Virus record (IMG/VR): IMGVR_UViG_3300028888_000074
Span: 32,001 to 96,000 of that record
Reading direction: 5' to 3' (one strand)
DNA length: 64,000 nt
From: a virus
Taxonomy: Duplodnaviria; Caudoviricetes
The notes under the pieces are model-generated. The model was not told the origin of the DNA. It made no database searches and saw only the letters and a list, made by a program, of their open reading frames with translations. The first letter of the stretch is position 1. Every line of letters starts with the position of its first letter. Made by a program: the position numbers and the translations under genes. Below, in pieces: positions 19,064 through 28,142 of the stretch.

Positions 19064-19116
19064 TACAGTAAACAAAATTCATTTATAGAAAATTTACCTT
19101 AAAAAAATAATTTAAA

Positions 19117-19596
19117 ATGATTGAAAATTTTGTATTTAATGACGTTGTTTTATATTCTAAGGGCTGGTATAGAAAGACTGATTTGGTTTCTGACCTTGGA
19201 TATATTTTCAGTAAAATTTATGGCTGGACACCTAAAACAGAAGAAGAAGTTGCAAGATTTATGCTGATTGCGATAGACCATCTATACACAGAACTGGAAA
19301 TACCGTTTGATTATAACTGTAACGGGAAATATAAAAATTCATTTGCATCGTTTAGCGACGAGATTAAAAAACGCATGAGATTATATGATGTGTCATATGA
19401 CATGGCCATTATACTTTTTTGTTTATCTATTTTCCAACAACTTGACAATACTCAAATAAAACTTAATCCACCTCATTTTGGGAAAAAAGAACATTTCAGA
19501 CTTGGTATAATGTTTGGAGAATATCCAATTTCACAAACTTATGCTGAAATGAACAGACGTGTAAATAATTTTTTTAATAGAAATAAGCATGACTAA
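19117..19596 (+). CDS. hypothetical protein
   Basis: 159-aa ORF. Confidence 0.7.
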   Translation: MIENFVFNDVVLYSKGWYRKTDLVSDLGYIFSKIYGWTPKTEEEVARFMLIAIDHLYTELEIPFDYNCNGKYKNSFASFSDEIKKRMRLYDVSYDMAIILFCLSIFQQLDNTQIKLNPPHFGKKEHFRLGIMFGEYPISQTYAEMNRRVNNFFNRNKHD

Positions 19597-19954
19597 ATTC
19601 AATGTGTTAACTTGGGATTTTAATACCGACAAACTGGAGCATTATGACGTCATTCCGTATTTTGTTGAACGTTATAAAGAAAGAGTTGAGCGCTCCGAAG
19701 ATGAAACAATAAAACGAGATATTGATAATTATCCAGAATATAAGGCACGTTTTGGTGTTCCAGAAACAATTGATGAATTCAAAAAATTTGTCGAAGACGA
19801 ATCAATGTATATGTTCTGGTCGAGATGCGAATGGGAAATGATTATCCATGGATGGCCAGTACAACGTGAAGAATATAAAATAGATGTCCATGAACAAATT
19901 ATGATGAATATTGACGTCATTGCGGATATTTTGAATAAAGAACTTAACCACTAA
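19589..19954 (+). CDS. hypothetical phage protein
   Basis: YMFWSRCEWE..WP..KIDVHEQI. Confidence 0.75.
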   Translation: MTKFNVLTWDFNTDKLEHYDVIPYFVERYKERVERSEDETIKRDIDNYPEYKARFGVPETIDEFKKFVEDESMYMFWSRCEWEMIIHGWPVQREEYKIDVHEQIMMNIDVIADILNKELNH

Positions 19955-19967
19955 AAAGGAAAACCAA

Positions 19968-20453
19968 ATGATTACAACTTGTGCAATGGTTTTGATAAAC
20001 CAGGAAGGCGATATACTTGCTTGCCACGGAACTGGAAAACCGAAAAACTATGGTTACGATTTTCCAAAAGGTTGTGTTGACGATGAAAACGAATCACACT
20101 TTGAGGCCGCTTGCCGTGAATTGAAAGAAGAAACTGGGCTCACTATAGAACAGCTTGAATTAGATGGTATTACAGTGTCAGAATACATAATAGACGGCGG
20201 TGTATATAAACATAATCACGAAAAAAACATTCATTTGTTTTTATGTCCATTGAAAACATTCCCTAATCTGGAAACATTGGAATGTACAACTTCTTTTCAA
20301 ACAAAGGAAGGAAAATCCCTGCCAGAAATGGATGGATACAAAATCATCACAAAAGAAGAAAGGAATTTGTTCAACAAAGTATTGTGGAATAAATTTGAAT
20401 TAATTGACGCTTTAAATTCAAAAGTTGAATATAAAAACAGTAAAAATGTTTGA
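19968..20453 (+). CDS. Nudix hydrolase
   Basis: FPKGCVDDENESHFEAACRELKEETGL, PEMDGY. Confidence 0.88.
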   Translation: MITTCAMVLINQEGDILACHGTGKPKNYGYDFPKGCVDDENESHFEAACRELKEETGLTIEQLELDGITVSEYIIDGGVYKHNHEKNIHLFLCPLKTFPNLETLECTTSFQTKEGKSLPEMDGYKIITKEERNLFNKVLWNKFELIDALNSKVEYKNSKNV

Positions 20454-21375
20454 AGAAATCAAAAAAAGAAGAGTAAGAAAATTGTTTTACAACACTGGCT
20501 TTGTAGATGTGTTGAACAAGGTATGTAGCGTAATGATGAGTATAACAAAAGATGGTGTGAATGAAAACTCAAACAAACAATATTGGAATACCTGGAAATG
20601 GGCTCGTGTCGTTTTGCACCAAAAATTAGAAGAAATCACCAGGTGTGAATACGATTCGGTTACAACGGATTACATCTATTCATATTATAATGAATTGGTT
20701 AAGAGATTTGAACATGTTGACAATGTAGTTGGTGCGAAGATTGATGATTACATTGAAAAAAAGCTATTGGAACAGAAAGACGAAATTGTTTTTGCAATAG
20801 ATGTTGACAGTGTCCTGAGAAACAATCTTGGCGAAATGGTGAAACTTTACAATCAGGAGTTTAATGAAAACATGACTGTTGAGGATATCAAGAACTATAA
20901 GACTGATATATCGTTTCCACGAATTGAGGAAGAGACTGGCCAAACATCAAGCCAATGGTTTTTCCAGGACCACTCTGAAGAGCTTTTTGTGAAAGCAAAA
21001 CCGTTTGAAAATGCAAGCGAAGATGTTGCAGAACTGAGAAAGCTTGGAAAGGTAATCATTGTCACATACCAAAAAACAACACTAAATAAAGTACAGACAT
21101 TGGAATGGTTGGATAACAATGGTATTAAATATGATGGAATTGTGTTTGTCAAGGACAAATCAATCGTTGATTGTGATTATTTCATTGACGATAACGATTG
21201 GAATTTCAATGGATGCAAGGCAAGTCATGGCATTTTGATAGATGCGCCGTATAACCAAAATTTGAATTTGGAAGAGCTTAGGCGAAAAACATATTGTAAA
21301 GAAATAATAAGATTCAACTCGCTGCATGATTTTGTTGTTGAGTTGAAAGACTCTTTAAATTATAAACAACATTGA
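20446..21375 (+). CDS. 5'(3')-deoxyribonucleotidase-like HAD phosphatase with an extra N-terminal domain
   Basis: IDVDSVL, IVT, K..WL, DYFIDD, APYN. Confidence 0.8.
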   Translation: MFEEIKKRRVRKLFYNTGFVDVLNKVCSVMMSITKDGVNENSNKQYWNTWKWARVVLHQKLEEITRCEYDSVTTDYIYSYYNELVKRFEHVDNVVGAKIDDYIEKKLLEQKDEIVFAIDVDSVLRNNLGEMVKLYNQEFNENMTVEDIKNYKTDISFPRIEEETGQTSSQWFFQDHSEELFVKAKPFENASEDVAELRKLGKVIIVTYQKTTLNKVQTLEWLDNNGIKYDGIVFVKDKSIVDCDYFIDDNDWNFNGCKASHGILIDAPYNQNLNLEELRRKTYCKEIIRFNSLHDFVVELKDSLNYKQH

Positions 21376-21983
21376 GACAAAAAAGTTTATTAAGAGATGA
21401 AGATGAAAAATTATCTGAAGAAATAGGTGATTTCCTTGACAAAACATTCTATCTTGAAGAAACAACAGATTCCACAAGAATTAAAGACAAAAAACTTCAA
21501 ATATCTGGAATAGATACAATATTCACATATCAAGGACAAAAATATGAATGTGATGAGAAGGCGGCTGTTAGATACAGAAATCTGAAAACATTCTCACTTG
21601 AGTTGTCTTTTATTGACAAAAACGGAGACATTGCTGTTGGATGGTTTTTAAGCCAAAAAAACAGAAACAACTCCTATCTTTTTGTGTGGATTGATGACGG
21701 AGAAATTGAGATTGCGTTGGTTGAGAAATCTGCCATTTTGAAATATCTACAGAGCCTTGGATGGACCAATGAATTGTTATTAAAAAAACAACGGAAAATA
21801 AGGTATGCACTAGACAATGATAAATTCGAATATCTTGGAAATTTAGACAATGATGGATTAAAATTCCATTACTCGAAACAACTTGTTGAAAAACCGATAA
21901 ATATATTGTTATATAGGGATGTTTATCGAAAATTGGCTATATTCAATAAATTTTATTCAATAAAAGAATTTGGAAAAAAATAA
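21372..21983 (+). CDS. putative PD-(D/E)XK nuclease-fold protein
   Basis: Q.SGID...DEK...LEL pattern. Confidence 0.5.
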   Translation: MRQKSLLRDEDEKLSEEIGDFLDKTFYLEETTDSTRIKDKKLQISGIDTIFTYQGQKYECDEKAAVRYRNLKTFSLELSFIDKNGDIAVGWFLSQKNRNNSYLFVWIDDGEIEIALVEKSAILKYLQSLGWTNELLLKKQRKIRYALDNDKFEYLGNLDNDGLKFHYSKQLVEKPINILLYRDVYRKLAIFNKFYSIKEFGKK

Positions 21984-22040
21984 TATTTATGTTAAAAGTT
22001 GAACAAACTTTAAAAATAATTTTAAAATTAAATTAAGAAT

Positions 22041-22619
22041 ATGAAAAAGATTTTTAATTTTTTTGCCATTGTTTTAATGGTGTTTGCTTTTGCTTCTTGT
22101 AATGGATGTAAGAGCGGTCAGGATGTGATTCCTCAAGACCAGGATGTTATTGTTGCTGGTTATGACTATGACAGCGTTGTTGTCGGGGATTACGACTATA
22201 TAGCTTCTCAATACAAGAGATTTTTGTTCTATGAGGTTGATGTTGTATTTGACACACTTCTTAATGCTGGAACCGATGTGAATATTGTCTCAATCGGTAC
22301 GGTGTTCCAGGTTGGTGACACATGTGTGATGATTTTCCATAACCCAGGAAAATGTGGTGAGAAACCAGAAATCATAAAAGAATGCGACCACTGGATGGAA
22401 TGCAGTGATATGACAGCAAGAAACCCGATTATGTACGATTCCTGCATGGCTTTGGCAAAACCTTACATGTGTAACATGCCGACAAGAAAGCTAACGTTTA
22501 GAAAACGTGTCGGCCCTCCGTTCCCGAAACATGGCGAATACATCTTCGGAAACGGATACCTGTTCATCGAGAGCCATACAGGTGAGATTACTGGTACAGC
22601 CGTACCTTGCAACAAATAA
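22041..22619 (+). CDS. putative lipoprotein
   Basis: MKK..FAFASC lipobox. Confidence 0.75.
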   Translation: MKKIFNFFAIVLMVFAFASCNGCKSGQDVIPQDQDVIVAGYDYDSVVVGDYDYIASQYKRFLFYEVDVVFDTLLNAGTDVNIVSIGTVFQVGDTCVMIFHNPGKCGEKPEIIKECDHWMECSDMTARNPIMYDSCMALAKPYMCNMPTRKLTFRKRVGPPFPKHGEYIFGNGYLFIESHTGEITGTAVPCNK

Positions 22620-22642
22620 CATTTGTTGGAAACAAAAAATCA

Positions 22643-22675
22643 AAAGCGCTTGGAATTTTTCTTAAGCGCTTTTTT
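22643..22675 (+). terminator. intrinsic terminator
   Basis: AAAAGCGCTT..AAGCGCTTTTTT. Confidence 0.75.
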
Positions 22676-22722
22676 GTTTTTTTCATTTTTAAAAAGTATA
22701 ATCAATAAAAAAACACTTAAAG

Positions 22723-24231
22723 GTCAACTACCCACGACTAAAGTCGTGGGCTTGTGGAGCAAAGGACAGAACCCTGTAACGGATTAAGCCTTTGACATGG
22801 CGCGTTGACAAGCGCTCTTACATCATCTTGGTACAACCAATTTGATTTACGTTCTTTGAAATACTTTTTTAGAATATTGACACTACCATTTATATCAGCG
22901 TTCAGCATACTGCCGTCGGAAGACATGTATAAGCCACGCTCTACCCTTATTCCTGAAAAGGTGTGTTTCTCTTCGGAAATTCCGTATGTCGGAATCGGGT
23001 CGTCGTCAAGCGAGCTCGCCTTTGATGTGTAGCTCTCCTCCTGGGGACAGTATGCTATGCCGTGCAGTTCACACTTGTATTTCAGTTTCTGGCGGAACTT
23101 ATGCAGCGGTATCATCACGGTGTTCTGGTTATTGACCTTACCAATGCTGATTTCCTGTTTCTGTTCCTTGTTGTAACCGACAACAAGTGTTGTCACACCG
23201 AACTCAAGGCATTTGTCCACGATAAGTTTGACCGACTTTCCGAAATAGTCGTCAATCCTGTGCGACCTTCCGTTCATCAGGCGAAGCATCTTTGGTGTGT
23301 TGGCCGACTTTACATGTTCGTTCTTGGCATATTCGCCCTTTAGCATTGCAACTTTCTTATTGTAATAGTGATTTATGCTTTTTAGTCTTCGCCCGTCAAT
23401 AAGGAACTGACGGGTTTCACCATTAGAAAAGATTGTGCAAGCGGCAAGGTTGTCAACACCAAGGTCTATGGACATGTAACCGTCACCTTCAGCCTGTCTG
23501 AGTTGGTTTCCTGCCTCGTAAATAAATTCTATTGAGAACTGCCGACCGTTGTACTGCGGGATTATACGGATTTCCTTGAATTCAGTTACATTTCTGAGAT
23601 TCTTCGGAATGGTGAGCAGGATTCTCCTGTCGTCAATCCCGTACTTTTCGCGGAATTCCTTGGTGAGTCCGATAGCGACAGTCCCGTTCTTTTGGATACG
23701 ACAGCTTCTCCCCTGAATGGTACAGATTGCCAGACCTTCGGAATCCTTATAACGGGGAAGTCTCACCTGTTCGGAATACCTGCCTGACTTTTTCAGTGCA
23801 AGCAGTTTGAAGAACGACTGCATGTCCCTGTCGACAAGTCTGAGAATCTGTTGCGCACAGTCGGAGAGAAGTATGTGGTAGTTCTCATTGTCCTTGCATT
23901 CGTTATAGTTTGCATAGTAGGACAGGTAGGATTGTGTGTTGAAATAGTGCTGGCGCACGGAATACAGGCCGACATTGTACATCCTTGCGGAATGGTAACA
24001 GAGGTTTCTGAGGATGGACAAGTCCACCTCGTGTTTCTGTTTGGTCTGAAGTATTTTCGTTGTCAGGTACATTTCCGTGTGTTGTATATATAAATAGTAG
24101 GTTATTTCAAAAAAGTTTATAATATATTATATTTATAAAAAAAAAAATAAGAATAATAATAAAAAAAAAGAAAAGGCTAGCCTGCAATTCCTCCCACCAC
24201 TAAAGTAGTGGGTTTCCTTGCAGGAGTTATC
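22723..24231 (-). mobile_element. IS200/IS605-family tnpB-only element 3 (target motif TCAT)
   Basis: On the - strand: TTCAT|GATAACTCCTGCAAGGAAA-hairpin(CCCACTACTTTAGTGGTGGG); right end CAAG-CCCACGACTTTAGTCGTGGG-TAGTTGAC. Confidence 0.9.
22738..24072 (-). CDS. tnpB: TnpB (IS1341-like), atypical RuvC-II, no Zn finger
   Basis: MSIDLG, LVVGYN, QEESYTSK, NADINGSVNI. Confidence 0.92.
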   Translation of the reverse strand: MYLTTKILQTKQKHEVDLSILRNLCYHSARMYNVGLYSVRQHYFNTQSYLSYYANYNECKDNENYHILLSDCAQQILRLVDRDMQSFFKLLALKKSGRYSEQVRLPRYKDSEGLAICTIQGRSCRIQKNGTVAIGLTKEFREKYGIDDRRILLTIPKNLRNVTEFKEIRIIPQYNGRQFSIEFIYEAGNQLRQAEGDGYMSIDLGVDNLAACTIFSNGETRQFLIDGRRLKSINHYYNKKVAMLKGEYAKNEHVKSANTPKMLRLMNGRSHRIDDYFGKSVKLIVDKCLEFGVTTLVVGYNKEQKQEISIGKVNNQNTVMIPLHKFRQKLKYKCELHGIAYCPQEESYTSKASSLDDDPIPTYGISEEKHTFSGIRVERGLYMSSDGSMLNADINGSVNILKKYFKERKSNWLYQDDVRALVNAPCQRLNPLQGSVLCSTSPRL

Positions 24232-24660
24232 ATGAAACATATTGCTTTTAATAATTTTTCCCATATCACTTTCAAGTACAGAACTGAAAACGATACAATA
24301 AAAAGGATTAAGAAGGGCGAACACTATTGCCAACATCCTTTCTTGGAAGCTATAATAGAAGAGGATTACGATTCAAAATTTGGTACGGTACGCTATTTTA
24401 ATAACTGGAGTAGCACTGCACAAGAAGACAGATGGTATAGCGGAAACGCTTATTTCAAGACTATAGAAGAAGTTGTTAAAGACTGGAATGACCACGTCTT
24501 TTATGCCGAACAAGAAGACATATGGTATAATAAACCATGGATTGAAATAACATTGCTTGACGGGTCGAAACGGATATCATTTCTTAACAATGATGAAGAG
24601 CTTGAAAATGAACTCGCTTTATATGGGAAACTAAAATTTTGTACACATGTCAACGAATAA
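24232..24660 (+). CDS. hypothetical protein
   Basis: Start MKHIAF sits exactly at the IS left junction. Confidence 0.7.
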   Translation: MKHIAFNNFSHITFKYRTENDTIKRIKKGEHYCQHPFLEAIIEEDYDSKFGTVRYFNNWSSTAQEDRWYSGNAYFKTIEEVVKDWNDHVFYAEQEDIWYNKPWIEITLLDGSKRISFLNNDEELENELALYGKLKFCTHVNE

Positions 24661-24666
24661 CGTGTT

Positions 24667-25254
24667 TCACATTTTGTTTTTTTTCAATATCTTAATATCG
24701 TTATCATCGAATATAACATAATTGGTGACATTTTGCTTGAAATTCTTGTCGAACCATTTTATTCCGACATAACCGATTGACTTAAGGAACTTTGAAGTTT
24801 CCTTATCGCTTCCACACAAGGACGCAATTGTTCCATAAATATCACCTCCGTCTTCACATTCCAGAATATACCTGCATTCATATTGCCAAAAATCGCGTTT
24901 AGCCTCTTGGCTTGCATATGCCTCTCTGCCATATTCACTTTCGGTTGTGTAATATTTGAAAAAGAGGTTTGCAATACGCCTCTTTTCCTGTTGGCTTATA
25001 GACTTGTAGGAAAGATATTTTCCATCTGGAACCTCAACCGTATACACAATACCATTACCAGCATATTGTTTGGCTGCTTCAATTGAATTTGTGAAATAAT
25101 GTCCATATCCGTACATTTGTTCTCCCCATCCAGTGGACAAATATTTTGAGTCAAACTTGTCGAAATCGGCGTTACTTAACGAACCATGATATAACTCAAG
25201 TTCATTGATAACTTCGGTAACCATTTTCCTTACATCGTTTTGATTGAATTCCAT
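24667..25254 (-). CDS. putative ADP-ribosyltransferase-fold (ART-PolyVal-like) protein with an N-terminal shared peptide
   Basis: LYHGS..FDKFD..STG.G..YGYGHYFT..A..YA, GYVGI, NYVIFD..DIKI. Confidence 0.65.
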   Translation of the reverse strand: MEFNQNDVRKMVTEVINELELYHGSLSNADFDKFDSKYLSTGWGEQMYGYGHYFTNSIEAAKQYAGNGIVYTVEVPDGKYLSYKSISQQEKRRIANLFFKYYTTESEYGREAYASQEAKRDFWQYECRYILECEDGGDIYGTIASLCGSDKETSKFLKSIGYVGIKWFDKNFKQNVTNYVIFDDNDIKILKKNKM

Positions 25255-25324
25255 TTAAGATTTTTTTTTATAAATAGTTGTGTTTTCCCGATTAAAAATG
25301 TATAATAACAAAAAAAGAAATATT

Positions 25325-25927
25325 ATGAGTACAAGTAGAAGTTTTAGATTAACGGATGAATTGGTTGAAAAATACAAACCTTACACACCGTCAAGTGAAG
25401 AAACCAACGACAATTTCATAAACCAGATTGAAATTGAAATCCTAGTCAAGTGTATGTCAGACAACAACGATTGTGACGTAAAGGAGATTTTCAATTACAT
25501 AAAAGGAAGACTATGGATGTACAGGGCGTGTGTTGAACATGCAGCAGAATATGATATCTATCGTTGGTACAAAGAAGATGAGGATAATATACTCACCATA
25601 TATGGTTATCATGAACAGTATTGTGGCCATGAAATAGATGATGAAACAAATGACATTGTTGAGGAACTTGTATTAACCGCAAAACTTGTCAATGCTGGAG
25701 ATTATTTTGACAGTGAATCACACTTCTTCGATTTGAAAAATGAAATCAAAGACAAACTTGATTATATCAGAGGAGTTTATTTTGACAACAAATTGACTGA
25801 TATTATGGATGAATTCAAGAAGTATGAATTGACTGATGATGATTTTAATGAATATGGTGAATTGAAAGAAACAAAAAACAAAATCGACGCTGAGGATGGT
25901 GGCGTTTTGTTTGATTCTTTGGACTAA
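25325..25927 (+). CDS. acidic hypothetical protein
   Basis: Follows promoter TTGTGT-N17-TATAAT. Confidence 0.7.
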   Translation: MSTSRSFRLTDELVEKYKPYTPSSEETNDNFINQIEIEILVKCMSDNNDCDVKEIFNYIKGRLWMYRACVEHAAEYDIYRWYKEDEDNILTIYGYHEQYCGHEIDDETNDIVEELVLTAKLVNAGDYFDSESHFFDLKNEIKDKLDYIRGVYFDNKLTDIMDEFKKYELTDDDFNEYGELKETKNKIDAEDGGVLFDSLD

Positions 25928-25980
25928 CAAACTATTTATTGAAAATAAAATAATTGATTTAGATTAAAATTGTTTTCAAA

Positions 25981-26376
25981 ATGAAGAAAGTATTAAACGA
26001 GGAAGGACTTAAAGAAATGGTCAAAACAATGGTTTTGCAAACCTTGGAAGAATCATACATAATGAACAAAATACAGGACAGGCGTTCAACACAAGCAAAT
26101 AACCAAATGAAACTGAAAAGTCTCCGAGAATTGCTTTTGAGCGTCGGAATTGATAAAATAACCGAAAAAAACGTGCATGGTGATGTCGGATATATGTTCA
26201 CTATTCCGATGGACAAGGCTGTTTCTGCGGCAAAACAACTTAAGAGTGAAGGAGTGGCGTTTAAAACATTAAGACAAGACGGCCATTATCAGGATGGTGA
26301 AATTTGGGATGCCACAATGTTCGCTTATTTTGGAAGATACCAAATGATGGAAGGTGAAATTAAAAAAACCAAATAA
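25981..26376 (+). CDS. hypothetical protein with shared N-terminal peptide
   Basis: LNEEGLKEMVKTMVLQTLEE; CTATTTAT upstream. Confidence 0.7.
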   Translation: MKKVLNEEGLKEMVKTMVLQTLEESYIMNKIQDRRSTQANNQMKLKSLRELLLSVGIDKITEKNVHGDVGYMFTIPMDKAVSAAKQLKSEGVAFKTLRQDGHYQDGEIWDATMFAYFGRYQMMEGEIKKTK

Positions 26377-26928
26377 ATGGAAGAAATTCGGAAAAAGATT
26401 AAAAATCAATACAAATCATCAGTTGAAAGTTATATTGTGACTTTCAAAAACTGTTATTTTAAAAATGTGGAATGCGAAGATTATTGGGTTGGAGAAGAAA
26501 TCGGTGGTGTGTTTTTTATCAATGATTTCTTCTTTGATTTCAACGATATACGATATGCAATTGACAACCAGGTGTTAGGTACGGAATTGTTTGCTTGGTA
26601 TGATTATGTTGTCAATATTGGAACCAACAACAGCGAAACACAGACTCCAACATTGAAGGAATGGTGGGAATCTAAAAATGATAACGACAAGAGATTGAAA
26701 TACGAATTGTCGCTTTATCGGAAAAACATAATGGATTTCAAAAAAGAAAACCTTGTATTGACAAATGACTCCCCAACGGAAGATGGCTATTACGTAGTTC
26801 TTTATCTTGGTTTTGACGGCGTGTTTCAACGGACAAACCAATGGAAAAACGGAAAGTGGTCAAGTCCGATTCGTGACAAACTGATTGCCAGGAGCGCAGA
26901 CCCGATAAAACTTAAAACGCTTGTTTAA
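26377..26928 (+). CDS. hypothetical phage protein
   Basis: YWVGEEIGGV..DIRYAID..WYDY. Confidence 0.7.
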   Translation: MEEIRKKIKNQYKSSVESYIVTFKNCYFKNVECEDYWVGEEIGGVFFINDFFFDFNDIRYAIDNQVLGTELFAWYDYVVNIGTNNSETQTPTLKEWWESKNDNDKRLKYELSLYRKNIMDFKKENLVLTNDSPTEDGYYVVLYLGFDGVFQRTNQWKNGKWSSPIRDKLIARSADPIKLKTLV

Positions 26929-27035
26929 CCAAAAACATAACGAAATTAACGGATTGTTGAATAAAACCACAATCCGTTTTTTCTTGTATCATTGAAACTA
27001 TTTATTATGAAATAAACATTAAAGATTTTAATATT

Positions 27036-28052
27036 ATGTATGAAGAATATAATACAGTTTTTTTGTACGGAGATGTGACATATAAAACAAGTGGAGGAGA
27101 TATAAAAATGGCAAAATCAATAACTTGGGATGAGAATTATATTGGTGAGTATGAGGAAGGTAGCTATAATTATGAAGCTGTTGGACTTTGTGGTATAACA
27201 TCTGGTATTACAAATAAAGAATCCATTATACCATATAACAGAGTTTTAACTTTGTTTCCAATTTTCTCAAGTGCAACATATGATTCAGTAACCAAGGGTT
27301 TGACGTTGAAAACAGGTGATGTGGATATTAAAATAAACACGCCAAAGATGACAGGCGTGAATGATTCAAGTGGTGGTGGAAATGGAGGACCAAAAGCTGG
27401 AGTTTCGAGTTTTGATTACTTAGGTTTATCATTTGATTATATATTCTGGAAAAGTCATTTCGGTGATTATTTCTTTAACGCACAAATTCCGCCGACAATG
27501 CATAATATCAGACATATTTTGAGAATATATGGATTGGATGAGAAATATGGTGGTAGTAATAATGAAACTTATCTATATGATGATGTTGTGTATGACACAA
27601 CACAAAATACATGCGTTTTAATTGACTCTTCGAATATCAATAGTGCAAACATACGTCCAGCTGTCATCAATGTTGATTGTAATTTGGCGTCAGATTTTAG
27701 GTTTACTCAAGAGTCTGATGGCTCTTACACAAGTTCTAAATATGACTGTTTCGTAAATATAAAACCAATTAATGATGACATGGTTCAAGTTAAAATTGCC
27801 ACTGTCAACTCCTCTTATTCATCTGAAGAAAATTTTATTATATATGACCAGTTAAATGATGGAAATGAAGGTGGTAGTAATACGAGAACATTACAAATTT
27901 ACGATGGTTATTATAATACTGATGGTCTTTATACAATATTTGCAACCGTACCACCATATATGCACAATATATTGCATATGATGAAAATGTGTGGCTGGTA
28001 TGGAAGTTACAGTGTAGGAGGTGGAGGAGGAGGAGAAGAGATAGCAGTGTAA
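27036..28052 (+). CDS. putative virion/structural protein with an internal two-fold repeat
   Basis: LYGDV../PPTMHNIRH and LYDDV../PPYMHNILH; Gly linkers; CTATTTAT upstream. Confidence 0.65.
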   Translation: MYEEYNTVFLYGDVTYKTSGGDIKMAKSITWDENYIGEYEEGSYNYEAVGLCGITSGITNKESIIPYNRVLTLFPIFSSATYDSVTKGLTLKTGDVDIKINTPKMTGVNDSSGGGNGGPKAGVSSFDYLGLSFDYIFWKSHFGDYFFNAQIPPTMHNIRHILRIYGLDEKYGGSNNETYLYDDVVYDTTQNTCVLIDSSNINSANIRPAVINVDCNLASDFRFTQESDGSYTSSKYDCFVNIKPINDDMVQVKIATVNSSYSSEENFIIYDQLNDGNEGGSNTRTLQIYDGYYNTDGLYTIFATVPPYMHNILHMMKMCGWYGSYSVGGGGGGEEIAV

Positions 28053-28054
28053 AT

Positions 28055-28084
28055 AAATGGCGGAACCAATGATTCCGCCATTTA
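28055..28084. terminator. bidirectional intrinsic terminator
   Basis: AAATGGCGGAA-ccaatga-TTCCGCCATTT. Confidence 0.8.
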
Positions 28085-28142
28085 TTTTAGTTATATCCAC
28101 CTATAAATTCTCTGACTGATATTCCATTATCATCCGTTTTAT

